Shown here in pieces: positions 25,128 to 34,454 of a DNA stretch of 35,677 bases. Under the pieces are notes generated by a model. The model searched no databases and was not told the DNA's origin. It saw only the letters and a list, made by a program, of their open reading frames with translations. Within the stretch, counting starts at the first letter, position 1. Each line of letters opens with the position of its first letter. The translations under genes were made by a program, and so were the position numbers. Source of the DNA: Gemmatimonadales bacterium (lineage in GTDB: Bacteria > Gemmatimonadota > Gemmatimonadetes > Gemmatimonadales > GWC2-71-9); the NCBI GenBank assembly GCA_035707305.1, contig DASSUE010000453.1, positions 1 through 35,677 of the forward strand, given 5' to 3'.

Positions 25128-26350
25128 GATCGGCTCAGTCGGCGCCGAACGAACCGGTGGATGACAATCGAAAGCCACAATAGGAATAGGAGGAGAAAAG
25201 CCCGCTGCTGCAATCCTGGCATCCCTACATCGGCGACCATCGACAAGAAGGCGGCAAGCATTCCAAGAGCAATGACGAGAGTTGCTCGGTAGATCGTTTG
25301 CCACCCTGCAGCCCGCCGAAAACTCCATGACAAGATCAACACCGCCATGACCATGCTTGGAAAGGCGACAGCACCGGCCAAAAGGTGAGGGATGGAATCC
25401 TTGAAGACCCCTGACAGACTTACGAACAGCGCCCCGACCACCAGCAGGCCGACTCCGATGCGCGCGTCTCGAGACGGGTGGTGTGCGTCTCGCAGTACGC
25501 CTGCGACGACGAACATGGCCAAGCCCAGCACGAAAAACGTGGTGGTCATGAGCCACCCGTACGCTCCCAATGCATACCCGCTCATGAACCAGAATCGTGG
25601 ATCGAATTCCGGTTCAAGGATGTGAAGAGCGGTGACGACGATCACGTAGTACGCTGCGCAAACAAACACAACCCGTTGCAGAATTCTCCCAATCCGTGCG
25701 CTACCGTTTTCGCCCGTGGCACCTCCCAACCCGGTAACACGGGGAACTCGGCGGTTTCCCAAACCCCACGCAACGAGCACCCCCAAAAGGAGTCCCACTC
25801 CGCCTCCGGCCAGATGGGCGATCAAGACATCGTATGACCTCTTGCACTTTTCTCCGGAGAGTGCGGCGACATGATTGGCGAGCTCACCGCGATCGCGCTT
25901 CGCGAGCAGGTCATCCAGAAACGCCGATTTCGCGTCCGGCTTCGACTTCAGCAATGCCGCATACGCCCTCAAAGCTCCCTGGACACCCGCGTGATACTGG
26001 GCGTTTTCATCTCGGGCCTTGTCCTGATGCTGGATCGCGAACGCCGCGGCCGAGAACATCGCCTGGAGGTTGACTTCGCCTGAGTAGGGATAGTTGTAGC
26101 CCAGACCGTGGGCGAGTAGATCATCGCACACGTAGACCTTGATGTCGGGTACCTCGATGATCCATTGTCGCAACCACTGGCGAGTGGCGGGTGCATTTTC
26201 GACCAAGGGGTCCCGCTCAAGCGACCGCGTGAGAGCGATTACTTTTGCTCGTTCATCAGGTGTCGAAAGCCCCGGCCCCAGGGTGCATTGAATCTCAGTT
26301 GCACATATGAGAAGCAGGCCACTCACGACGAGCTGGCGACTCAGCGTCAT
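25124..26350 (-). CDS. fusion of a signal-anchored soluble domain with a DUF998-like 6-TM domain
   Basis: 408 aa. The C-terminal half, HILEPEFDPRFWFMSGYALGAYGWLMTTTFFVLGL, fits DUF998. The N-terminal roughly 190 aa is unassigned. Visibly lower GC than its neighbours. Confidence 0.6.
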   Translation of the reverse strand: MTLSRQLVVSGLLLICATEIQCTLGPGLSTPDERAKVIALTRSLERDPLVENAPATRQWLRQWIIEVPDIKVYVCDDLLAHGLGYNYPYSGEVNLQAMFSAAAFAIQHQDKARDENAQYHAGVQGALRAYAALLKSKPDAKSAFLDDLLAKRDRGELANHVAALSGEKCKRSYDVLIAHLAGGGVGLLLGVLVAWGLGNRRVPRVTGLGGATGENGSARIGRILQRVVFVCAAYYVIVVTALHILEPEFDPRFWFMSGYALGAYGWLMTTTFFVLGLAMFVVAGVLRDAHHPSRDARIGVGLLVVGALFVSLSGVFKDSIPHLLAGAVAFPSMVMAVLILSWSFRRAAGWQTIYRATLVIALGMLAAFLSMVADVGMPGLQQRAFLLLFLLWLSIVIHRFVRRRLSRS

Positions 26351-26408
26351 CGTTCACCTCTGAATTCTGCCCGCCTCACTGGAGGTCACCGGCCACGAAG
26401 GTGGTCGT

Positions 26409-26978
26409 TTACCTCAAACCGAGTTTCTTCCCCGCCGAGAGCAGTTCAATCGACTCGCGAATACGCCTTTCCCGCGTCCCAGCTCGCTTGGCGGTGTGGA
26501 TCCAGACTACGAAGTCACGCCGATATGTCGGGGCAAGCGCCTGAAAGTGTTGCCAGGCTCTGCGGTTCGTCTTCAATGCTTTGGCAACGTAAGCCGGCAG
26601 CTCCGGGATCGGCGGATGTGGGGCATAGCTGTTCCCCGTGGGGGCCGCGGCGAGGCCGGGCGCTGCGAGAAGGCCAGCTGCCTTGAGTTGCTTCCAGCGT
26701 CTGCGGTTGATGTCCGACCATTTGCTCGTCGGCTGGCGCGCCGTGACCTTGATCGCGTAGCGATTGTCGTCTACGCGTTTGATCAGGCTGTCGACCCACC
26801 CGAAGCAGAGCGCCTCGCGTATGAGGTCTTCGTAGGGCATCGATTTGACGCCGGTGTGCTGTTTGTGGCGGAGGAGCCAGATGCCGGGGGTCGACGCGTG
26901 GTGCTTCGCGAGCCACCGGCGCCAGTCTGCCCGTGTTCGCACGTCCAGCGTGATCAGATCCCCTGTCTTGGTGACCAC
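26409..26978 (-). CDS. YdeI/OmdA-family protein (COG4430)
   Basis: 189 aa, GTG start. WRRWLAKHH...IWLL..K......Y.DLIREALCFGWVDS and C-terminal FVVWIHTAKRAGTRERRIRESIELL. Confidence 0.8.
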   Translation of the reverse strand: MVTKTGDLITLDVRTRADWRRWLAKHHASTPGIWLLRHKQHTGVKSMPYEDLIREALCFGWVDSLIKRVDDNRYAIKVTARQPTSKWSDINRRRWKQLKAAGLLAAPGLAAAPTGNSYAPHPPIPELPAYVAKALKTNRRAWQHFQALAPTYRRDFVVWIHTAKRAGTRERRIRESIELLSAGKKLGLR

Positions 26979-27311
26979 CTGTTCCTGCCGAAGGAATCTG
27001 GTTCGTCTTTAGGCCGCCGCCCTGCTCGAATGCACGTGGTAGCGTCGTCCCGATTCTGCGTTTGGAGCTCCACCAACACCGTATCATCGAGCTCGACACC
27101 TGTGTAGGTCCGCGTCCTACATGAATCCGTCGCATCGGCAAAGCGCGACGCTCGCCGGCCGCGGCGACTAACCGCGCCCCTCCGTCTCACGATAAATCCG
27201 GCATTCGGGGCCGTTCGTAGATCTGACGTGTTTCGACAGTCGGGGCACGCCCCTTCGCGTGCTGGTCTCCGGCCCAGCACGCTGCGGCCCACTTCTTCAG
27301 TGGAAAGTATC

Positions 27312-28227
27312 ATGCACGGGATGAGTCACACGACCACATGCGGCGCGTTCCTCATGTCCATGCTGCTGTCCGCCTGCGCCGATTCATCGCCCACCGCGCC
27401 GACGGCCGCCACGGCACCGGGCCAAGCGTCGCCCTCGGGTTCGATGTCAGCCGGGCCGACCCTCTACGGCCTCACGGCAGCCAATACCCTGATCACCTTC
27501 GACGCCTATCAAGCCAATCAGGTCTGGAGCGAGGTGCCGATCACCGGGCTACAGCCCGGCGAGTCCATCGTCGGAATCGATTTCCGTCCCAGCGACCTCA
27601 ACAGCGATGCGATCAACGACGTGGGCAAGCTCTACGGCGTGGGGAGCTCGAGTCGGGTCTACCTCATCGATCCAGAGACAGGGCAGGCGACCTCGGGGGT
27701 CGCTCACGACCGCCACGGGGGCCCCGGTGACCCTCGCCGGCACCGCGTTTGGCGTCGGGTTCAACCCGGTGCCAGACCGACTGCGGGTGCACAGCGACGA
27801 CAACCAGAATCCCCGCATCAACGTCGATAACGGCGTGACCGCCGTCGATACCGCATTGAGCTACCCGGCCGACGGGGTCGATCCCAACATCGTGGCTACA
27901 GGGTACACCAACAAGGACAACGACCCCGCGACCGGCACGGTGTTGTACGCGATCGATTCCGACCGCGACGCATTGACGGTGTTCGACATTCCGTCCGGCC
28001 CGAACAGCGGGAAGATGTCGGTGGTCGGCTCCCTTGGCGTCGATACCGGCGACGCGGCGGGGTTCGACATCGCGGGGGCCGCCAACGTTGCTTACGCCGC
28101 GTTCTCCGACTCTCCGTCGGGCAAGTCCACCGTGTACACGGTCGACCTCGCCTCTGGCGCCGCGACGAAGCTCCGGTTGATCGCCCAGAGCGAAACTGCC
28201 CTCGTCGGAATCGCTGCTGCACCCTGA
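27312..28227 (+). pseudogene. DUF4394 lipoprotein, interrupted by a +1 frameshift
   Basis: Lipobox LLSAC. IVGIDFRPS...LYGVG..SRVYLIDPETGQATSG lies in frame 0. SLTTATGAPVTLAGTAFGVGFNPVPDRLRVHSDDNQNPRINVDNG (DUF4394 core) lies in frame +1. The switch is at the G5 run at 27694-27698. Confidence 0.75.
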
Positions 28228-28332
28228 TTGCCCGCCGCCGGCTCCCGCCGCGAGCACGACACACCAAGCGACCAGTCGAGCGCGATTCCCTGCCGGGGAG
28301 TCGCCTCGGCTCGAGGAGCTCAGGCGTCTCGC

Positions 28333-28353
28333 CGCCCGTCGGCTGCATGCGCT
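28333..28353 (-). repeat. relic of the attC-family arm (box lost)
   Basis: CGCCCGTCGGCTGCATGCGCT matches 17623-17643 at 20 of 21 positions. The position of GGYTAGGC is occupied by ATCCTCCA. Lies 39-67 nt 3' of the PKD lipoprotein gene. Confidence 0.4.
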
Positions 28354-28399
28354 ATCCTCCAACTTGCGAGACGGGCAGCGGCCCCCGGCGAGGGCCGAA

Positions 28400-29380
28400 C
28401 TACTTGGGCTCGGCCCGGTGTGTCTTCGTCTTGGCTGCTCCGAGATTGTCCGTCACGGTGAGGATGACATCGTAGTCGCCCGGCGCGGCGTAGGTGTGCA
28501 CAGGATTCCGCTCGGTCGAGGTGGCTCCATCGCCGAAGATCCAGCGCCAGCTCACTATGAAGCCGTCGTCGTCCTTGCTCTTGTCGGTAAAGCTGCAGGT
28601 GAGGCCGCTGCAGTGCACCTCAAAGTCGGCGTCGGGCGGCTTGTTGGACGTCGGCGGCGCCTGGACTTCCACCGTGCGCGTCCTGGTGTCGGTCGCCCCG
28701 TCGTCGTCCGTGACCCGGAGGCGCACCTCGTATCGTCCCGCGGCCCCGAACGTGTGCGAGGGATTCCGAGAGCTCGAGGTGGTCCCGTCGCCGAACTCCC
28801 ACAGCCAGCTCACGACGTTGCCGTCGTCGTCCCGGCTCCGGTCGCTGAACGTGCAGCTCAGCCCCAGGCAGGTGAACTCGAACTCGGCTTCGGGCGCCTC
28901 GTTGGACGGCGGTGGGGGCGGGGGCGTGTCAGCGGTGACCGCCATGGCCGAGAAGGTGGCCGTCGGCAGAGCCTCTCCGTCTCCCGTCACCCTCGCTTCC
29001 CCGGTCTGGACGCCGACCTTGTCGCCCAGAAGGACGAAGGCCTGCGCTCGGCCGTCGCCGTCCGTGCGCGCCGTGGACGGCGTGACCTCGCCTCCCTCGC
29101 CGGCCGCCGTCAGGGCGAACTGCACCGTCGCGTCCTCGACGGGCGCTCCCTCGCCGTCGGTCACCTCGACCACCACCGGGGCGGTGAGAGGCTCTCCCAC
29201 TGACCCCTGCTGGCCGTCTCCGTCCACCACTCGGATCGCGAGGACGGGTTCGTTGCCCGGAAGGACCAGGTCGCTCCCGCAGCCGGCCGTGAGGCAGCCG
29301 ACCGCCAGCCAGCGCGACAGGCGACGCGGGGACCAAAGACCAAACCCACGGAAGGCGGTGAGTTGGCGACGGAGGGACAC
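28400..29380 (-). CDS. lipoprotein with Ig-like (Big) domain and two tandem PKD domains
   Basis: 326 aa, GTG start. Lipobox CLTAGC. Two PKD repeats (about 28664-28891 and 28412-28633) share F..C.GL.C.F.D.S.DDDG.IVSW.W.FGDG..S..RNP.HT...G.Y.V.L.VTD. Confidence 0.85.
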   Translation of the reverse strand: MSLRRQLTAFRGFGLWSPRRLSRWLAVGCLTAGCGSDLVLPGNEPVLAIRVVDGDGQQGSVGEPLTAPVVVEVTDGEGAPVEDATVQFALTAAGEGGEVTPSTARTDGDGRAQAFVLLGDKVGVQTGEARVTGDGEALPTATFSAMAVTADTPPPPPPSNEAPEAEFEFTCLGLSCTFSDRSRDDDGNVVSWLWEFGDGTTSSSRNPSHTFGAAGRYEVRLRVTDDDGATDTRTRTVEVQAPPTSNKPPDADFEVHCSGLTCSFTDKSKDDDGFIVSWRWIFGDGATSTERNPVHTYAAPGDYDVILTVTDNLGAAKTKTHRAEPK

Positions 29381-29529
29381 GCTTCAGCTCTGCGAGTGGA
29401 CGGACTTGAATTCTACGACCCGGTGACGAAGGCGGAGGTGATGAATCACACACCCGGTCACGAGGCGGCATGCATTTTCTTGCAGTGGGGGGAACCGGCT
29501 TCGTGCACCCAAGCTAGCTCCGCGACTGA

Positions 29530-29648
29530 CGGCCTTCGATTCCGTTCACCAGCTCGCGGCTGTAGCACACCTCCGAAGCTTCGCCGAGCGCACGGTGCGG
29601 CTCCTGGACGGGCGGATCGTGGAGGAGCGCGTCGCGGTCCCGACTTAG
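29530..29648 (+). pseudogene. possible ABC-transporter ATPase C-terminal remnant
   Basis: The plus frame ending at TAG 29646-29648 reads ...LTAFDSVHQLAAVAHLRSFAERTVRLLDGRIVEERVAVPT*, resembling the ..THD..lA..adR.i.l.DG.iv.. tail of ABC ATPases. No upstream Walker motifs. Confidence 0.25.
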
Positions 29649-29704
29649 CGCTCGGCGAGCGCGCCGCTCAATCGGGCGAGGATGCCGGACATGATGGGAG
29701 TCGC

Positions 29705-32368
29705 CTACCTCTGGGTTTGTTTCTGGTCGTAGAGCAATCGGTCGAACACGCCCTGCAGGCCGATCAAAGTGGACTGCGCCGCGCCGCCGCTGATCATGAG
29801 GAGCCGGCTGTCATCCGGGGTCACGTCGTACTCGCGGAATACTCCTCCGCGGAGGAACGAACCAGCGAACAGGAAGCGGCGAGCGGTCAGCATGAACGCG
29901 GGCGACGCCGCGACCGACGCGACCCACACGCTGTCGCCCGAGCGATAGAACAGCTCCCGGCCGCTGCGTGCCCAGGCGGGCTCGGTCCCACCGCCGTGCG
30001 ACACCGGTACCCGGGCCCCACTCTCCTGGAGCGGGCGGACGTACACTTCCATCTGCCCGGTCTCGTCCGACTGGTACGCCAGCCAGCGCCCGTCGGGCGA
30101 GAGATCGGGCGCGGACTCGCCGAAGGCGGCCGCCATGATCGTTCGTGCCGCCGGCGCCGAGTCGAAGGCAAGCAGGCGGATGCCGTCGTTGCTGCTGCTC
30201 GCTTCCTGAAAGACGACAGCCCGGCCGTCCGGGGTGACGGTCCCGGCAAAGCGGCTTCCGTCGGTGACGAGCAGGCTCTCGGGACGGCCGCTCCCGTCGG
30301 CTGCGATCCACCACAGATCGGCATTGCTCGAGTACACCAGGCGGCGGCCGTCCGGCGTCCACACCGGTCGCCCGCTGATGCCGTCGGTGGTGAGACGCGA
30401 CCAGGTGCGTTGGGCGACGTCGAGCACCCAGACGTCGCGGCCGCCACCGGCAGGGTCGGCGATGTCCACCGCGACGCGCCGGCCGTCGGGGGAGAAGCGC
30501 GGGTTGGCGACCGCGCGAGGCGCGACGGCGAGCGGAGTTGTCTGGCCCGTGCGAGAGACGAGCATCAGCTGCCTGGGCGAGCTTTTGCCCAACTGCACGT
30601 AGACGATCGATCCGCTGGCGGACACCGCCGCCCGGGAGAGATAAGGATCCAGCTGTCCGACTTCGCGGGTGATGATCACCGGCGGCCCGGTGGGTCGCAC
30701 CCGGTCGGCATCGAAAGGCAGGGCGTTCAGCGTGCCGTCCGGATTACCGAGGACGACGAATCCGGTCTCGACCCATTGGGGCGAGAACCCGGGCTGATCG
30801 AACCGGGTGATCGCGCCGGTCCGCAGGTCCAGCGCCGCGAGGCGGCTGACCCGGCCGTTGAAGACGGCGAACAGGACCGTGCGGCGGCCGGGCAGCAGGA
30901 TGGGTGAACGGAACTGCTCCCCGGAGCCGGAATCCGGCCGGGCCAGCTCGTACGGCCGGCCGCCCCGGGCCGAAACGGCCATGAGCACTCGGGCCTGTGG
31001 CTCGCCCGGTGGCGCGGTGTAGTAGCGGACGGTGTCGTCGGTTCCCCAGTCGAACGTATAGCCCGTGCAGGAATCGCAGATCCGGATCGGCGTGCCGCCA
31101 GCCAGCGGCACCTTGACCAGGGCCGAGCCGGTCTGATAGCCGAGCCACTGGCCGTCGGGGGAGAAGAAGGGTACGACGGCGCGGCGTCCGCCCGCAACCG
31201 GCACGAACTCGAGCCGATCGGCGAACCGCAGCATCAGGCCGAGTCCCGATACGTAGGCGAAGGCAGACCCATCGCGGGCGATGGCCACCACCGTCCCGGT
31301 CGCGTCGGCGATCAATGCCGCGCTGTCGGGAAGGAGCATCGCGTGGCGGGAGACGATCGGTGGACGGGCGGGCGGCTTCGGGCGCCACAGCAGCCAGCCC
31401 GCGGCAAGGCCGAGCCCGGTGCACGCCAGGCCGACGGCGGCCGCGAGCGCGGCGGTGCGACGCGGCCGACCCGCGACCGCCGCGCCGCCGCGCACCTGGA
31501 CCGTGCGACGCCCCGAGTGCGTCGTGGCGGCGTAGGTCGTGTTCCCGAGGGCGGCGGAAAAATCGGACGCGCGGGCGAAGCGATCGGCGGGCAGCTTCTC
31601 CAGAGCCTTGGCCAGCGCGGCCGCTACGTGCGAAGGCACCGACTTCCTGAGCCGGGTGATGTCGGCCGCGTCCTCGGTCACGATCTTCATGATGATCTGC
31701 TGCGCCGAGGCGCCGGTGTGCGGCGGATTGCCCGACAGCATCTCGTAGAGCACGGCGGCGAGCGAATAGATGTCCGACCGGGCGGTGATCTCCTTCTCCG
31801 CGGTCGCCTGCTCGGGGCTCATGTAGTGCGGCGTGCCCAGCGACAGGCCGGTCTCGGTCATCCGCCCGCCGGCCGCCGCGCTCACCGCCAGGGCGATCCC
31901 GAAGTCGGCCACCATCGGGCGCCCGTCGTGCAGGAGAATGTTCTCAGGCTTGATGTCGCGGTGGATCACGCCGTGGCGGTGGGCGTAGTCCAGCGCGTCG
32001 GCCACCTCGGTGGTGATCCTGAGTGCCTCCTCGATGCCGAGCTGGGTCTCGCGGTTCAACTTGGTGCGGAGCGTCTCGCCCTCGATGTAGGGCATGACGT
32101 AGTAGAGAAGGCCGTCCGCGGTGCCGGAGTCGAAGAGGGGCAGGATGTGGGGGTGCTGCAGAGCCGCCGTGGTCGTGATCTCCTGCACGAACCGCTCGGC
32201 GCCCAGCACGGCGGCGAGTTCCGGCTTGAGCACCTTGAGCGCGACCCTGCGCTTGTGCCGGAGGTCCTCGGCCAGGTAGACCGTGGCCATTCCCCCCTGA
32301 CCCAGCTCCCCCTCGACGCGGTAGCGATCGGCGAGGGTGCCGGTGAGGCGCTCGAGTTGTTGGGGCAT
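29705..32368 (-). CDS. Ser/Thr protein kinase with TM segment and C-terminal PD40/TolB-like beta-propeller
   Basis: 887 aa. GQGGMATVY, VALK, HRDIKPEN, DFG and HYMSPE motifs. TM segment ALAAAVGLACTGLGLAAGWLLW. Repeated SPDG blades. Confidence 0.93.
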   Translation of the reverse strand: MPQQLERLTGTLADRYRVEGELGQGGMATVYLAEDLRHKRRVALKVLKPELAAVLGAERFVQEITTTAALQHPHILPLFDSGTADGLLYYVMPYIEGETLRTKLNRETQLGIEEALRITTEVADALDYAHRHGVIHRDIKPENILLHDGRPMVADFGIALAVSAAAGGRMTETGLSLGTPHYMSPEQATAEKEITARSDIYSLAAVLYEMLSGNPPHTGASAQQIIMKIVTEDAADITRLRKSVPSHVAAALAKALEKLPADRFARASDFSAALGNTTYAATTHSGRRTVQVRGGAAVAGRPRRTAALAAAVGLACTGLGLAAGWLLWRPKPPARPPIVSRHAMLLPDSAALIADATGTVVAIARDGSAFAYVSGLGLMLRFADRLEFVPVAGGRRAVVPFFSPDGQWLGYQTGSALVKVPLAGGTPIRICDSCTGYTFDWGTDDTVRYYTAPPGEPQARVLMAVSARGGRPYELARPDSGSGEQFRSPILLPGRRTVLFAVFNGRVSRLAALDLRTGAITRFDQPGFSPQWVETGFVVLGNPDGTLNALPFDADRVRPTGPPVIITREVGQLDPYLSRAAVSASGSIVYVQLGKSSPRQLMLVSRTGQTTPLAVAPRAVANPRFSPDGRRVAVDIADPAGGGRDVWVLDVAQRTWSRLTTDGISGRPVWTPDGRRLVYSSNADLWWIAADGSGRPESLLVTDGSRFAGTVTPDGRAVVFQEASSSNDGIRLLAFDSAPAARTIMAAAFGESAPDLSPDGRWLAYQSDETGQMEVYVRPLQESGARVPVSHGGGTEPAWARSGRELFYRSGDSVWVASVAASPAFMLTARRFLFAGSFLRGGVFREYDVTPDDSRLLMISGGAAQSTLIGLQGVFDRLLYDQKQTQR

Positions 32369-32426
32369 GTTGCAGGAAGATGCCGAGCGCTGGCGGCGGA
32401 TGCTAGGGGGCGCGGGCCGAAGACGG

Positions 32427-33746
32427 TCAGGGACGTCGCGCCAGGTCGTCTCGATATATCGTTCCGCCCTTCATGACGAAGCCGACGCGCTCCAGCACGT
32501 CGATGTCGCGCAGTGGATCACTGGGCACCGCGATGATGTCGGCCAGCTTGCCGGCGACCAGCGAGCCAACCCGGTCCTGCCACGCCACGATCTCCGCGTT
32601 CAGCGAGGTCGCGGCGACGATGGCCGCCATGGGTGATTCGCCCAGCTTCACGCGATCGGCGAACTCCTTGGCATTCTGGCCGTGCGGCAGGACGGAGGCG
32701 TCGGTGGCGAAGCCGATGGGCAGGCCGGCGGCGAGGGCGCGGCGGAAGCCCGCATAGCCGATGGACCGGACCTGTCGGGCCCGCTCGCGTTCGCTCTCCG
32801 GAAATGGGTTTCCCTCTCCCGCCCGATCGATCGCGGCGTAGGCGGCCAGGGTGGGCACGTAGAACACCTGTCGATTGGAGGCCTTGAGCAGGGCGACCGC
32901 CTCGTCGTCCAGGTACGAGCCGTGGTCCACCGTGCGGACGCCGGCGCGAATCGATGCCTTGATGCCGTCGGCGCCGTGCGCGTGCGACGCGACCCAGGTG
33001 CCCCAGCGACGTGCCTCCGTGACCGCGGCCCGGATTTCCTCGTCGGCATACTGCTGGGCGCCCGGCGTGATCCCCTTCGAGAGTATCGCCCCTGTGGCCA
33101 GGATCTTGATGAAATCCGCGCCGTTCTTGAGGTTGGTGCGCACGGCCTTGGTCACCTCGTCGGCGCCATCGGCCAGGTTCCGCACAACGGGCACATCCAC
33201 ATAGATCGAGAACTGCCGCGCGTCTCCGGCGCCGCCGGTGGACGAGACGTAGTTGCCCGCGACCAGCATCCGTGGGCCCGGCACCGCCCCATCGTCGATG
33301 GCTCGGCGCAGCTCGACATCGACGTAGGGCCAGGTGGGTCCCATGTCGCGCACGGCGGTGAAGCCGGCCAACAGCGTGATCCGGGCGTTGCGGGCGCCCC
33401 AGAGCGCGTCCGCCGGAGGGGTGGACTTCACCAGCGCGTCTTCCCAGTGCACCCGTTCGTCGCCGGTGAGGTGGGTGTGGAGGTCGATGAGCCCGGGGAG
33501 AAGCGTCGCGTCACCCAGGTCGATCAGCCGGGCTCCGGGTGGAATGCGCAGTTTCGTTCCGACTTCGGCGATGCGGTCGCCCTCGATCCGGATCATCGCC
33601 GGCATTGTGGGAGCCGCGCCGGTGCCGTCGATCATTCGGGCGGCGCGCAGGACGGTGACCTGCGAGGGCCGAGACTGGGCTTCGAGTGGCCCGGCGGCAA
33701 AGGCGACGGCCAGTGACACCAGCAACAGCTGCACCACATGTCGCAT
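32427..33746 (-). CDS. secreted amidohydrolase-superfamily metallo-hydrolase
   Basis: 439 aa with a signal peptide. PGLIDLHTHL (HxH metal site), ...SHAHG..., and C-terminal DASVLPHG and GKLADIIAV blocks. Confidence 0.88.
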   Translation of the reverse strand: MRHVVQLLLVSLAVAFAAGPLEAQSRPSQVTVLRAARMIDGTGAAPTMPAMIRIEGDRIAEVGTKLRIPPGARLIDLGDATLLPGLIDLHTHLTGDERVHWEDALVKSTPPADALWGARNARITLLAGFTAVRDMGPTWPYVDVELRRAIDDGAVPGPRMLVAGNYVSSTGGAGDARQFSIYVDVPVVRNLADGADEVTKAVRTNLKNGADFIKILATGAILSKGITPGAQQYADEEIRAAVTEARRWGTWVASHAHGADGIKASIRAGVRTVDHGSYLDDEAVALLKASNRQVFYVPTLAAYAAIDRAGEGNPFPESERERARQVRSIGYAGFRRALAAGLPIGFATDASVLPHGQNAKEFADRVKLGESPMAAIVAATSLNAEIVAWQDRVGSLVAGKLADIIAVPSDPLRDIDVLERVGFVMKGGTIYRDDLARRP

Positions 33747-33830
33747 TGTCCAGGTCCTCTGAGGCGAGGGATTGTCAGCTACTGGCTGGCGCTTCGTCGC
33801 GACGGTGACGCGGGTGCGGCGGCCTGGTCC

Positions 33831-34229
33831 TCAGCGACGCGTTGCCGACCGCAGCTCCGCGATCCGAGCCTTGACCAACCGCCTCACCAGTGGAGCGGGC
33901 GGCAGCTTCGTCAAGGGAAAACGCACCGTTCCCTTCGACGTTTCGTAGCCTCGCAACGCCACAGCATGCTCGCGCCGGATCCGATCCGTGATCGGATAGA
34001 GGCTGCAGTGATGCTTGAACGCCGCGTACCAGACCAGGGGTTGCCCTTCGAGCCGGAACCCAGGGATCCGGTAGCTGAAGTGCTCGACGGCGTCGGGGGC
34101 GGCGGTGCGGATGGCCTTGCGGAGCTGCCGGAGGGCACGACGCGCCGGCGGTGGCAGCGCGGCGAAGTATGCGCGCACTTGAGCGGCGGCGCCTCTTGAA
34201 TCGGCGGCAGAGGGTCGGGAACCCGGCAA
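33831..34229 (-). CDS. DUF1801 (YdhG-like) domain protein
   Basis: About 125-132 aa. Start uncertain: TTG 34229 or a downstream [45 protein letters not shown]...SKGTVRFPL. Confidence 0.75.
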   Translation of the reverse strand: MPGSRPSAADSRGAAAQVRAYFAALPPPARRALRQLRKAIRTAAPDAVEHFSYRIPGFRLEGQPLVWYAAFKHHCSLYPITDRIRREHAVALRGYETSKGTVRFPLTKLPPAPLVRRLVKARIAELRSATRR

Positions 34230-34419
34230 GTGGCCTCGTGATGGCGGGACCTAGGGTGCGTTCAACACGCCGCCGACCGAAATGCAAGTCAGCTGCGAAC
34301 GAGGAGTGTAGCGGTCGCGGGCGATCGTGTCCAATTCCCTGAAAGTGCGCCGCGACTCTCTCGGCTGAGGAAGCCAAGCTGAAGAGTTCGGAGGGGTCGG
34401 ACCGGTCCCTGATCTGCGC

Positions 34420-34449
34420 TTGACGATTCATAAGTATATACTTATATAT
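34420..34449 (+). promoter_or_regulatory. candidate sigma70-type promoter with embedded 12-bp palindrome (ArsR-type operator)
   Basis: TTGACG (34420-34425), 17-nt spacer, TATATA (34443-34448). The perfect palindrome AAGTATATACTT (34432-34443) forms an AT island in GC-rich DNA. The arsR-like ATG is only 6 nt after the -10. Confidence 0.5.
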
Positions 34450-34454
34450 CGTCC

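Noticed and set aside
28392-28416. Hairpin GGGCCGA-N11-TCGGCCC at the 3' end of the PKD gene as an intrinsic terminator
   Set aside because: The stem includes the stop codon and coding sequence, and no T/U tract follows on either strand.
29363-30907. 514-aa plus-strand ORF
   Set aside because: It is antisense to the well-supported kinase gene at 29705-32368, with an Arg/Gly/Ala/Pro-rich low-complexity translation typical of shadow ORFs in high-GC DNA. The same applies to 31343..32476 +, 32682..33716 +, 24159..25292 +, 16667..17437 +, 214..1050 -, 11031..11807 - and 27664..28362 -.
33774-33792. GTCAGCTACTGGCTGGCGC, 3' of the DUF1801 gene, vaguely like GTCAGCTGCATGCGCTGGC
   Set aside because: A gap is required and no GCCTAAC/GTTAGGC box is present. 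Not supportable by eye.
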